DNA from: Armatimonadota bacterium
GTDB taxonomy: Bacteria > Armatimonadota > SYMT01
Direction of reading: 5' to 3'
Length of the DNA: 64,000 bases
Assembly: GCA_041690135.1 (NCBI GenBank)
Contig: JAWLHY010000002.1
Span: forward strand, 912,342 to 976,341
Program-made: the position numbers and the translations under genes
Notes under the pieces: model-generated
The model's input: the letters and a program-made list of their open reading frames with translations, nothing else
Databases searched by the model: none
Told to the model about the DNA's origin: nothing
In this document: positions 29,787 to 39,700 of the stretch, in pieces
Layout of the letters: every line of letters starts with the position of its first letter
Position numbering within the stretch: the first letter of the stretch is position 1

Positions 29787-31268
29787 ATGTCGTTTGACTT
29801 CTGGACTGCTTACTGGACCTTCACGGCGTTCGTTTTCGGGGCAATCGTCGGCAGCTTTCTCAATGTCTGCGTCTGGCGGTTGCCCCGCAACGAGTCCTTG
29901 AGCGATCCCCCCTCGCATTGCCCGGCCTGCAACCACCGGCTGGCCTTCTTCCCGGATATGGTGCCGCTGCTTAGCCAGCTCTGGTACCGTTCCCGCTGCC
30001 GGCACTGCGGCACGCACTTCTCGTGGCGCTACTTCTGGGTCGAGCTGTTCACGGCTTCGACCTTTGCCGCGCTTTACCTGCGCTACGTGGTCTACAGCCC
30101 GGCGCTGAACCTGGGCGAAACGGAGCGCACCTGGTCCGCCATCTGCGCGATGACCTTCGCGGCGGCCCTCATCACGATCTTCTTCATCGACCTCGAGCAT
30201 TACGAGATTCCCGATGTGGCGGTGATCGTCGCCGTCGGTGCGGCTGTCGCCAAGGATGCGATCCTGATCTGGAAGGGGGAGCGCCCGCTCTGGTTTCCCG
30301 TTCCGGGCACCACCGTGGAAGTGCCGTTACCGCTTTCCATCCTCGCCGGCCTGCTGGCGCTCTGGATGCTCTGGCAGTTTGCCGCCCTCTGCACGGCCCT
30401 CCTCGGGCGTGAAGCAATGGGCGCCGGAGATTCCCTGCTGCTGGGAGCCATGGGGGCGTTCCTGATTCCGTGGCCGCTCGCGGTGCTGGCATTTATGATC
30501 GCCATTTTCCTCGGCGCTACGGGGGGAGTGCTGGGAATCTGGTTCGCCAATCGCCAGGCTGCGGCGGCGGTAGCCGCTTCTCCCGGAGCAGGCGCCACGG
30601 ACCCGGGCCTCTCCGGTGATCCGGCGGCTCACGGCCCCGCGGAGGCCCCGCTGTACCATCAGCAGGAGGAGGTGGCAGCTTCCGCGGCGGAAGACTCCCT
30701 GGCGGGTGGGCGGGCGCCCTCCGCGGTGGCCAGTGAATCCCGGCCGCTTCCGCGCGAAACCGCCCCGGGCGCCGCCGGAATCCTCGACGGCTCGCATCGC
30801 GGCGCGGTGCCGGTCGGCGGCGACGCGGGCGAGGCACACCCGGCCCCGGCTGGCGAACCCGAGAACGGGGAACCGGAAGTGCCCGGTTTACCGTCAGATA
30901 GCCGTTGGGGACGCCTCTGGACCGTTCTGGGTACCTGGGTCGCGATCTTTGCCCTCTGGGGTGGCATCTACCTGTCCGAGCGGAGCCTTCCGCTGGGTCT
31001 CGGGGCCGGGGTGGCGGGTGGGTTGGTCGCGGCGGCGCTGCTGGTGTTCGGGGTCCGCCAGTGGGTGCGCGGGGACCAGGAGTGGTTGCCCGCGATGGAC
31101 GAGTTTTTCGAGGAAGGGGATCCCGGTCCCCGGTTCATACCTTTCGGGCCGTACCTGGTGGCGGGGACGCTGATCGCCATGCTGATCGGGCGTCCGCTCA
31201 TCGAGTTTTATGTGACGAACGTGATGATGCTGCCCCCAAGCATCCTTGCCGGTCTCAACTGGGACTAA
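29787..31268 (+). CDS. pilD: Prepilin peptidase PilD with a large internal insertion
   Basis: GSFLNVCVWRLP, CPAC/CRHC, IDLEHYEIPD, MGAGD and IPFGPYL. Confidence 0.92.
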   Translation: MSFDFWTAYWTFTAFVFGAIVGSFLNVCVWRLPRNESLSDPPSHCPACNHRLAFFPDMVPLLSQLWYRSRCRHCGTHFSWRYFWVELFTASTFAALYLRYVVYSPALNLGETERTWSAICAMTFAAALITIFFIDLEHYEIPDVAVIVAVGAAVAKDAILIWKGERPLWFPVPGTTVEVPLPLSILAGLLALWMLWQFAALCTALLGREAMGAGDSLLLGAMGAFLIPWPLAVLAFMIAIFLGATGGVLGIWFANRQAAAAVAASPGAGATDPGLSGDPAAHGPAEAPLYHQQEEVAASAAEDSLAGGRAPSAVASESRPLPRETAPGAAGILDGSHRGAVPVGGDAGEAHPAPAGEPENGEPEVPGLPSDSRWGRLWTVLGTWVAIFALWGGIYLSERSLPLGLGAGVAGGLVAAALLVFGVRQWVRGDQEWLPAMDEFFEEGDPGPRFIPFGPYLVAGTLIAMLIGRPLIEFYVTNVMMLPPSILAGLNWD

Positions 31269-31331
31269 CACCAGGAACAATCCGCGGTTATCAAACGTCT
31301 GCCAACAGGAAATCCTTTTCGGAGGTCAACG

Positions 31332-32060
31332 ATGCACCAGCCAGCCCCGCAACGTCGCACTCGGCGGCGCGGCTTTACCCTCATCGAGTTGCTCACCGTC
31401 ATCGCCATCATCGCGGTTCTGGCCGGCCTGCTCCTGCCCGTGTTCGCGTCGGTCCGCGAGAATGCCCGGCAGGGCTCTTGCATGTCGAACATGAAGGCCA
31501 TCATCCAGGGCCTCAAGATGTACCGCGACGACAACCGCGGCGTCTGCCCCGAGGCGCTCTACGGAGCGGCCAGCGCGGGCCGGCCCTTCGAAACCCGTCT
31601 CTATCCGGCCTACGTGAAGGATGAACCGAGCTTCGTCTGCCCGAACAGCCCCGTCAAGCTCGCCAAGCCGGGCACCTGGAGCGCCGTCATCCCGACGAAC
31701 TACACGCCGCCGACCCCAACGCCGGCTCCGGTGGCTATGGCTCCGTTCAGCAGCTACGACTTCCAGTACCGGACTCCCGCGATCATGGAGCTTCACTACA
31801 GCCGGAAGTGGACGGCCCCCGCAGCGACGGGTCTCAGCGACGACCGGCGCCAGCTCTACTATCGCGAGCCGCCGGACAACACCGTGGTGAGCTGGTGTCT
31901 CTACCACGCGGAGATGGACCGCTCCACCGGCGCGGTGAAGCCCGGCAAGATGGCGATGGTCCTGTTCTGGGACGGCCGCGTGCAGAAGATCGCCGCGGAC
32001 AAGTTGGACCGGTGGCCCGGCCCCGAAGGCAGCCCGTGGCAGGTATCGCCCAAGCCGTAA
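31332..32060 (+). CDS. Type IV pilin-like protein (DUF1559/H-X-DG-type)
   Basis: RRG|FTLIELLTVIAII with E5; PVFASVRENARQGSCMSN; C-terminal VLFWDGRV. Confidence 0.9.
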   Translation: MHQPAPQRRTRRRGFTLIELLTVIAIIAVLAGLLLPVFASVRENARQGSCMSNMKAIIQGLKMYRDDNRGVCPEALYGAASAGRPFETRLYPAYVKDEPSFVCPNSPVKLAKPGTWSAVIPTNYTPPTPTPAPVAMAPFSSYDFQYRTPAIMELHYSRKWTAPAATGLSDDRRQLYYREPPDNTVVSWCLYHAEMDRSTGAVKPGKMAMVLFWDGRVQKIAADKLDRWPGPEGSPWQVSPKP

Positions 32061-32083
32061 CACAGAGGATCGGTCAGGACCCC

Positions 32084-32176
32084 GGATTGGAAGGAATGGG
32101 AACGGCGCCCGCACCTTGGGTGAGCAACAGACCGTTCCCTCCTAATCCAAATCCTAATCCTTATCGTAATCGTTAC
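32084..32176. repeat. Imperfect hairpin with 6-nt microrepeats in the pilin spacer
   Basis: ggattgg..gggaacgg pairs with ccgttccc..taatcc; run aatcca-aatcct-aatcct-tatcgt-aatcgt. Confidence 0.55.
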
Positions 32177-32300
32177 CAGGGGGGAGTGGCAGAGGGGAAG
32201 GACACCCGCACCGCGGGACGCGAGACCGCCCTCCACCATTCCCCCGTTCGAGTTCGAGGCAGTGCCGCAGCCGCCGGCTGGCGGAGTGGGAAATCGATCG

Positions 32301-34373
32301 ATGGCATACGCGCACGCAAAAACCGATAGGCGCCGCATCCGGCGCGGTATGTCCCTCGTGGAGATCCTCGTCGTGCTGGTGATCCTGGTGATCGGGATCT
32401 TCGCCATCACGCGTCTCTTTCCCCAGGGCTTCGCCAACCTCAACTTCACGGCCGCGCGCACCCAGGCGACGGCGACCGCGAAGCTGTTCGAGGACTACCT
32501 TGCCAAGAACCGCGAGAACCTGCCGGACGCCATCGTGGCGGTCGACCGCGCGACGGGGCTCTTACGGACTGATCTGTCCCCCGCGGAGCTCTACCACCCG
32601 AACCCGTACACGGATAACCCGATTAACGGTTATGCGGGTACGCCGCCGGAAGACCCCCGCTACTCCGGCCTGAACGTCGCCCGGCGCGTGATCGGCGAGC
32701 AGTTCAAGATCGCCCCGCCCACGGTGGCCTATGGACCGAACGCGGAGACCGTCTCCCTCTACCGGCCGCTCTTCGGGCCCATCTACGCTGCGGCGCCAAT
32801 GGGGGTTGCCAGCCTCGGTGTTGCGGCCTACAGCGGCACTCCAATGGAGCGGGTTGTCGGCCAGAACCCGCTCTCGCGGGAGAACGAGGAAGAGATCCTG
32901 ACGCTGGGCGTGCAGGGCTACGGCGTAGACTACGACCAGGGGCTGCTCTACTTCGTGCCCGCGCCGTACGACCGGTTGTTCAAGATCGAGTTCTCCTACC
33001 GCACCGGGCCCGGCACCGCCAGCCAGACGGTTCCCAACAACAGCATTTTCATTCCTGCCGATCCGAACGCCTTGCCCAACCCCGACCCCGTAACCGGCGC
33101 TATTTCAATCGTGAAGTTTGACCTCCGACAGGCAGATGGTGGAACGGGGTCGGCACAGCCAGGCTTTCTTCCGCTTCCCGGCGGCGCCGTGCTCGATCCC
33201 GGCTCGGATCACCTTTTCCGCCGCTTCAATCAGATCGCGGTGAACACGCCGTTCTCGAACGACCCTTACGAGTTCAAGGTCTACGACACGATCCTCGGCC
33301 TGCTTGGCTTCAACCCCATCAGTGCTTCGATTCCGCTCCCGCACCAGCGCGGCCGGGGGCTCACCGCCCGGATCGATTACGACGTGGACGATTGGGAGAT
33401 CGTGCGCCAGGATGAGGTGGTGCCGCTGGAGCAGCTAGCCCAGACGACCGGAGGCGGTAACGGCTACTACGCGCTCAAGCTCCTCGACGGAGGCATCAAG
33501 CGCTACCTGGACGTGGAAGACACGATCAATTTCATCGGCGCCGGGGGCGGCGGGGTGGACACCACCTTTGAATACCAGGGGCTCATTCGCAACTATCCCG
33601 CCGGCGGAGGGGCCGGCCAGCGGCCGGGGACCCCGGGGGTAGACCTGGTGATCGTCGATCTGCAGACCGGCTACACGATCGACAGCCGCACGCTGCAGAA
33701 GGAAGGGAACAGCTCCAACGGCTTCATCGATTACGACACCGGCGTGGTGCACCTGCGCTACGATCCGGGCAATGCGCCGATGTGGAGCCCCCCGAACGGC
33801 CTCACCGGCAGCGCCGTGCATCTGGCCCCCGCGGGTCGCAACGTCCGGTTGTTCTACCGCACCATCAACGACATGGGCGTCGCGGCGGTAAAACCTTACA
33901 CGCGCTACCTGCTGCAGCCCGCGCTCAACGCCCTTCAGTCCGGCCAGTACTACGCAGGCTACGGGGCGGGTTATTTGCTGTTCCCCCCGACGGATGCGGA
34001 GAAGACGGTGGCGGTCGATTACACCTGGCAGGACGTAGCCGGCCGGATGCACGTGGAAACGGGTGAGTTGCACCGCATCCAGCGCCCGGACTCTCCGCCC
34101 CCGGTGAGCGTGGTGGCTCCGGTGGTTGGCTGCGGGGGAGCGGGTGGCTTCGATCCGGGTCGTCACTGGTGGGTGCGGCTCTCCCACGCCGAAGTGGATT
34201 CCTGCAAGTCTTCCGTGGGAGATCCCAACGCGGACCTGGACGTGCAGCCCGGCACGCTCAAAATCCTGGGTGTCCGCGGTGTTTCCGTCCATACCCGCGT
34301 CACCTGGCGCGACGGCAGCCGCCGCCGGCACCTGGAGCGCGCCACCCTCCTCACCCGGGAGCGGTCACGGTAG
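32301..34373 (+). CDS. Large pilin-like protein (~690 aa, PilV-like N-terminus)
   Basis: RRG|MSLVEILVVLVIL with E5; beta-rich body. Confidence 0.85.
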   Translation: MAYAHAKTDRRRIRRGMSLVEILVVLVILVIGIFAITRLFPQGFANLNFTAARTQATATAKLFEDYLAKNRENLPDAIVAVDRATGLLRTDLSPAELYHPNPYTDNPINGYAGTPPEDPRYSGLNVARRVIGEQFKIAPPTVAYGPNAETVSLYRPLFGPIYAAAPMGVASLGVAAYSGTPMERVVGQNPLSRENEEEILTLGVQGYGVDYDQGLLYFVPAPYDRLFKIEFSYRTGPGTASQTVPNNSIFIPADPNALPNPDPVTGAISIVKFDLRQADGGTGSAQPGFLPLPGGAVLDPGSDHLFRRFNQIAVNTPFSNDPYEFKVYDTILGLLGFNPISASIPLPHQRGRGLTARIDYDVDDWEIVRQDEVVPLEQLAQTTGGGNGYYALKLLDGGIKRYLDVEDTINFIGAGGGGVDTTFEYQGLIRNYPAGGGAGQRPGTPGVDLVIVDLQTGYTIDSRTLQKEGNSSNGFIDYDTGVVHLRYDPGNAPMWSPPNGLTGSAVHLAPAGRNVRLFYRTINDMGVAAVKPYTRYLLQPALNALQSGQYYAGYGAGYLLFPPTDAEKTVAVDYTWQDVAGRMHVETGELHRIQRPDSPPPVSVVAPVVGCGGAGGFDPGRHWWVRLSHAEVDSCKSSVGDPNADLDVQPGTLKILGVRGVSVHTRVTWRDGSRRRHLERATLLTRERSR

Positions 34374-34374
34374 G

Positions 34375-34658
34375 GGTGTTCGGGTGTTCAGGTATTCGGG
34401 TGTTCAGGTATTCAGTTACTCGGGCACCTCTTCGGGGCGCGGTCGACGAATCGGCACACAGGATTGAAGAGCTATGAATACACCGGCCAGTAAAAGAGGG
34501 ATGCAGTCCCAGGCGGCGCATCGAAGGGACGGTGGCCGTGCTCAAGGCGCTCCGAGAGCTTCCGCTCCTACGCCAGTGCACAGGCAAATCCAGCCATCCG
34601 CATTGCGGGTAAGCGGTCCGAACACCCGAACACCCGAACACCTGAACACCCGATCACC
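34375..34658. repeat. Two inverted arrays of an 8-nt repeat (GGTRTTCR x5-6 ... YGAACACC x4-5)
   Basis: 34375-34422 and 34619-34658 are reverse complements at the unit level. Confidence 0.9.
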
Positions 34659-36501
34659 GCGCCTCCGCCGCGCCTTCACCCTCATCGAGCTCCTGGTGGT
34701 GCTGGCGCTCACCGCCATCCTGATGCTCATCCTCTTCGCGCCGCTGTCGCAGAGCCTCGATCTCACGGCGCGGGCCAATGCCAAGGTGGCGGGCCAGGAC
34801 AGCGTGCGGGAAGCGATGCGCCGGGTCGTGCGGGACCTCTCGAACGCGATGGAGGTGTACGACCCGCAGACGGTGGCTCTCTACGGTTTCGACGCCTGGA
34901 CCTACAAGAACAAGCAGTTCGTCCCGGTGACGGGCGCGGTGCCGGAAGCCTACCTCACACGGAACACCCTCATCGCGTTCCGGCTTCCGAAGCACCGGTA
35001 CTACTGCACCCAGGCCGACCACTACGTGACGCCGCAGGATATCGACGCGGTTTACCCGCCTCCGCGCCCCACGGACGACGTGATCGCGCTGGATGTTTGC
35101 CCGCGCCACCCGGGTTCGCCCGCCGAACTCCGCCCGCTCTCGCCGCTGGAGCCGGACGACCGGATCACCGCCTACTTCGTCGGGCTCAAGAATCCGGCGC
35201 CGGCCACGGGCGGCGCGCCGCTGTACGAGAACATCCTCCTCTTCCGGAACACGCGGAACAACGCACTGAACACCTATGCCCTCTACCGGGTGGAGTTCGA
35301 CCCGCGCGGCATGAACGTGGCCGGCACGGCGACCGATGGTAACAGCAACGGCCTGGACGACCGCTACGAGACCTTCCCGCTCTTCGCCCCCACCAACGCG
35401 AGCGCTCCCTACTTCTTCTATGACGCCACCCCGGTGACCGTCACGGTGAACGGGGCCAGCCAGACGAAGCCGCGGTACGAGTGGTGGAAAGACCTCACGG
35501 TCTCCGTGATGGACGCGGAGACCTCCGACGTGGTCCGCTGGGTCGAATCCGCCGGAAAGGCGATCCCGCACTCGCTGGTCTCCTTCCGGCCCGGCCCCTC
35601 GGATGATGAGGTCGCCCAGCCTAACCGGAACGTGGGAAGCTACCTGGTCGACGGTTCCGCTTACTCCTCCAGCTTTGCCCCGTTGGAGTACATCCCGGAC
35701 AACGGCCACTGGACGGGAATCACCTCGGACGGCACCCGTCCGATCCCGGACACGGCACAACTGGCGCCGGAGTTGCCCGTCGGCGCCGGCCACGGTGCGC
35801 GGATTCGTATCCTCGACGGCAGCAACCCGCTGACGATGACCCCGGTCTTCGACACCCAGACCGCCACGCGCAACCGGCTCGTCAGCTTCGACTCCGTGAC
35901 CGGCAAAGTGATCCTCGGCCTGCCCCGGCTGGAAGAGAACGCCGCCAACCCTACGCTCCAGGAGTCCTTCTCCGCGCCGATCGACCTGAATACGTTCACC
36001 GCGGACTTGAAGCAGGACACCGCCGTGTTCGCCAACGGGATGCCCAGCGCCTTTGGGAGTGCCCTCAACCGGTATGGCAATGTCACCCGCATCGTGCCCG
36101 GCTCGGAGTCGGTCCAGGTGATCGACACCAGCGGCGGAGTGACGCAATCCATCCCGTTCCGGCGCGCGGGCTGGAGCTATGGGAACACCAACACCGGCGA
36201 ATTCGTCGCACAACCAGACCTGGCGATGGACGAGTATGCGATCGACTACGTGACCGGGATCGTCACCCTCTCCACCCGGAACCCGAACGACTGGGTGAAC
36301 GTGGGCCCCGGGCAGGCCAATCAGTTGTTGATCCGTTACAAGATCCAGACCAACCAGCCGACCGACGTGGTCCGCGTCAGCTACCTCACCCGAGAGCTGG
36401 CGTCCGTGCATCTCGGCATCGTGCAGTACACCCGCCGCCGGCAGGAAGTGCTGCCGTTCGAAGTCTCCGAGCGCGTGGTCATCCGCAACCTCAAGCGGTA
36501 G
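34474..36501 (+). CDS. Large pilin-like protein (675 aa, PilW-like)
   Basis: RRA|FTLIELLVVLAL with E5; REAMRRVVRDL helix; long leader that contains a repeat array. Confidence 0.85.
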   Translation: MNTPASKRGMQSQAAHRRDGGRAQGAPRASAPTPVHRQIQPSALRVSGPNTRTPEHLNTRSPRLRRAFTLIELLVVLALTAILMLILFAPLSQSLDLTARANAKVAGQDSVREAMRRVVRDLSNAMEVYDPQTVALYGFDAWTYKNKQFVPVTGAVPEAYLTRNTLIAFRLPKHRYYCTQADHYVTPQDIDAVYPPPRPTDDVIALDVCPRHPGSPAELRPLSPLEPDDRITAYFVGLKNPAPATGGAPLYENILLFRNTRNNALNTYALYRVEFDPRGMNVAGTATDGNSNGLDDRYETFPLFAPTNASAPYFFYDATPVTVTVNGASQTKPRYEWWKDLTVSVMDAETSDVVRWVESAGKAIPHSLVSFRPGPSDDEVAQPNRNVGSYLVDGSAYSSSFAPLEYIPDNGHWTGITSDGTRPIPDTAQLAPELPVGAGHGARIRILDGSNPLTMTPVFDTQTATRNRLVSFDSVTGKVILGLPRLEENAANPTLQESFSAPIDLNTFTADLKQDTAVFANGMPSAFGSALNRYGNVTRIVPGSESVQVIDTSGGVTQSIPFRRAGWSYGNTNTGEFVAQPDLAMDEYAIDYVTGIVTLSTRNPNDWVNVGPGQANQLLIRYKIQTNQPTDVVRVSYLTRELASVHLGIVQYTRRRQEVLPFEVSERVVIRNLKR

Positions 36502-36513
36502 TCCTGGAGACCT

Positions 36514-36543
36514 CACCGCAAAGACGCAAAGGACACGCAAAGG
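36514..36543 (+). repeat. ACGCAAAG-type microrepeat of the kind flanking GxxExxY genes
   Basis: caccgcaaagacgcaaaggacacgcaaagg. Confidence 0.55.
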
Positions 36544-36590
36544 TGCGCGAAGTTGGAAGCAAAAGGCACGGAGCGATGTAGGACGGCGAC

Positions 36591-36660
36591 GTAGGAGCAC
36601 CCGGCGTGGTCGCCCAGTCTTGTGGAACGGCGATGTAGGGGCATCCGCTGTGGTTGCCCT
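36591..36660 (+). repeat. Two GTAG-initiated REP-like elements
   Basis: gtaggagcacccggcgtggtcgccc and gtaggggcatccgctgtggttgccct. Confidence 0.55.
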
Positions 36661-36672
36661 GTCTTGAGCCAT

Positions 36673-36798
36673 ATGAGCAAAGTGCAAAAGAGTAGCCGAT
36701 TGGAAGAGCTGCGCAGGCGAGTACTCCAACGAGACAGCTCGCGTATTAACGTCAGAGTGCCCGCGCTGAAGAACGGCATCGTCCGGAGAGTACTATGA
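36673..36798 (+). pseudogene. 41-aa remnant ORF ending in a GxxExxY-like C-terminus
   Basis: MSKVQKSSRLEELRRRVLQRDSSRINVRVPALKNGIVRRVL*; the tail resembles the GxxExxY INFNVPxLKDGIxRxV end; the stop overlaps the next ATG. Confidence 0.5.
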
Positions 36799-39700
36799 GG
36801 TCCCTCACTCGCTTCCTCTCCTCGCGCGATGCTCAGAGAGAACCCACAGTTATGCGTACGGAGAGCCCAATGCAGACAAAGGTAACCCAAAATCTCCTTT
36901 CCTCTCCGTGTACAACTCCGTGTCTCCGTGTCTCCGTGGTGAAAAAGACCAGGAGGGGCCAGACGGTCATCGTCGCGCTGGCGATTCTCTTCTTGCTGGT
37001 GCTGCTCGGCTCTATCTTCGTCACCAACCTCATCCGCAATCTTCAGCGCAGCACCCGCCAGTCCACCACGGATGAGGCGCTTTCCCTGGCCCTGGCCGGG
37101 ATCCAGTACGCGGGTCAGCAGTTCCGCGCCAGCGAAGAAGGGGCCGACTGGCGACCGCGCCCTTCGGAGCCCCTCTGGCGCACCCCCAACAGCGGCACTC
37201 TGCCGGACCGCCTTCGAGATCCTGACTTCCAGTGGCTCAGCGACAACAACTCGTACAACGCGCCGTACACGCGCATTGATACCGGTGAGGGTCGCTTCCT
37301 CCTCCGGGTGCGCTACGTGCCGCAGTTCAAGGCGGCGAGCGCCGGCAGCACCACGGCGGACGAGTTCGATCCCAACTCCCGCCTGATCCACATCGAATCG
37401 ATCGGGCGGCCGGGCGTGGTGGACCTCAACGACCCCACCACGGTGCGGGATCCTCAAGATGCCCTGGCGGATCCGAACCGGCGCAACGAAGTGAAGGGCG
37501 CCTGGCGCAAGGTGGAAGCTTTCGTGCCGGTGGGGCTCGTGGACCAGCTCTGGTGGGTGACCAACTTCACCAACGAGCGCGGCCCCGCCACCCTCGGCGC
37601 GCCGGCCTTCCGCGACGGCAACGACCGGCTGGTGGAGCCGAACACCTTCTTTCTCGGCAGCATCCGCAGCGACATGGATCTGCAGTTCAACGGCCGTGTG
37701 ACCGTGCGCGTCTACCCGGCCCGTTCGGAAGGGGTGTTCGTCAAGGGCCGCGTGCTCGTCGCTCCCCGCAGCAACCACCAGAACACCACCGCGCCGCAGG
37801 TCGTGATCCAGGTGGCCGACGACACCGGCCAGGCGGGTCCGGTCATTCCGGATGACGCGCAGAACGACGATCCGACCGACGACTCACTGCTCGTGCAGAA
37901 TGCTCCGGAAGGGTTCGCCATCGGGGCGTCCGGCACGCCGCAGTTTAACCCGATCCAGCTCGTCAACAGCGGTCGCTCGACCCGTTACGTCGTGGCGGAT
38001 GAACAGTTCACCCGGGGCGGGACGGCAAACCCGCTGATCCCCGCCGTTTTGAGCACGCGCCAACAGGATGCGCCGAAGCTGGACCAGATCGATCCCGCCA
38101 CCGGTCGCGAGCGCTACCTCCGCCTGACCCGCGACAGCGGCGAAACCATCACCGTGGCTGATGGCGGGGATACTCGTGTGGTCAACACCGGCGCCTACGG
38201 GCTTACGGACGTGAACCCGCCGCCGGACCTCTCTTCCAACCCGCTGACCCCGGCGCAGTGGGAGCGGTACCGCGCGCGCGGGCTCTACCTGGATAACTTC
38301 GGGGATATCCAGTACCCGAACGATCGCCCCAAGGTGAAGAACGAGTGGATGCGCCGCGGCGGTCCTACCCAGGCGAACAAGGGCTGGTTGGGCGACTACT
38401 ACATTCCTACGGTGGACGAGGGAGGCGTGAGCCATCCGGTGGCGGAGATGCTGTTGACCCGGATCATGACCACCGACGTCAACGGCAACCAGGTGGTGCG
38501 GCCCGTGATCCGTATTACGCGGTACGACCTGGATCAGCGCCAGATGAACCTCTCCGGCGCCACCGGCCGGCAGCGCCTGATCTACCGGATCGGCGGGCTC
38601 GACCCGGCGACCGGCCAGGCGACTCTCGTGCCGGTGGGGCAGACCCGCGATTACGATTACCCGCCCAATGGCGTGATCTACGCGGAAGGCAGCATCCGGG
38701 TCCGCGGCGTCAACGGGATGAACCACGATCCCAACAACCCGTCTTCTTTCCCCAAGTCGTTGACCATCGTTTCCGGCGGGACCATCTACATCGACGGCAA
38801 CCTGATGAACAACCGGAACTCGGGGGAGACCACCTCCGGTTGGAAGCTGGCGTTGATGGCGCGCGACTACGTCACTCTCAACCCGACGGCTTTCACCCGT
38901 GTCAATCCTGGTTCCGGCGTGGTGGTCGAGGCGGACGAGTGGGACACCAGCGGCAACGCCTCCAGCTATCACTTCACCGTTCCGCAGGGCAGCAGTTTCG
39001 ATTTCGCGGGTAGCTCGGCCAACCCGCTCAACGACGTGCTGCTGGCGCTGAAGCATTCCGCGCTCCAGCTCGACACCACGTCCGAGACGGCCGTTAACCT
39101 CTACCTTCCGCGCATCGGCGTCGGCTCGCCCAACCCGTGGCCGGACTGGTATGCGGACCGCTACGACTTTGGCGGCTATCCGCCGCCCTGGCCGGCCGCA
39201 CCGCCCGGAACCACGGCCCAGGCCTTCTACCTGTTCCGCCCGCTGTTCGCCGGCACACCCTCTAGCTGGGCCGTCTCCAACTTCCAGTCCGTGGCGGGTA
39301 GCCCGGCCAACTGGGAGCGGAAGGCGTTCTATATCCCCGGCGTCAATTCTCCCGCCGGGCACGAGCCGACGTTCCGCCTCCACGTGGGGCCACAGGACGG
39401 CCCGGACGTCGACGGGGATGGCTTTGCCGATCCGATCATGACGCCGAACGGCCAACCCTACTGGCTCTCCCGCCTGGCGTTGCTGCCCGCCGGCGAGCCG
39501 CTCAAGATCCGGGTCGAAGCCGTGATGTACGCGCAGACCGGCTCCTGGTTCGTGATCCCGCCGCCGTTCTTCAACGACGACCCGGATGACACCCGGACGA
39601 GTTTTGCGGCGGGCAACCCCCGCCCGGTCTCCACGCAGCCGCGGGATTCGGCCGACTACCCGTTCTACAATGAGCCGCTGAACATCGAGATCGAGGTCCT

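Noticed and set aside
34375-34658. CRISPR interpretation of this and other repeats
   Set aside because: Units are 6-9 nt and tandem, with no unique spacers and no cas genes
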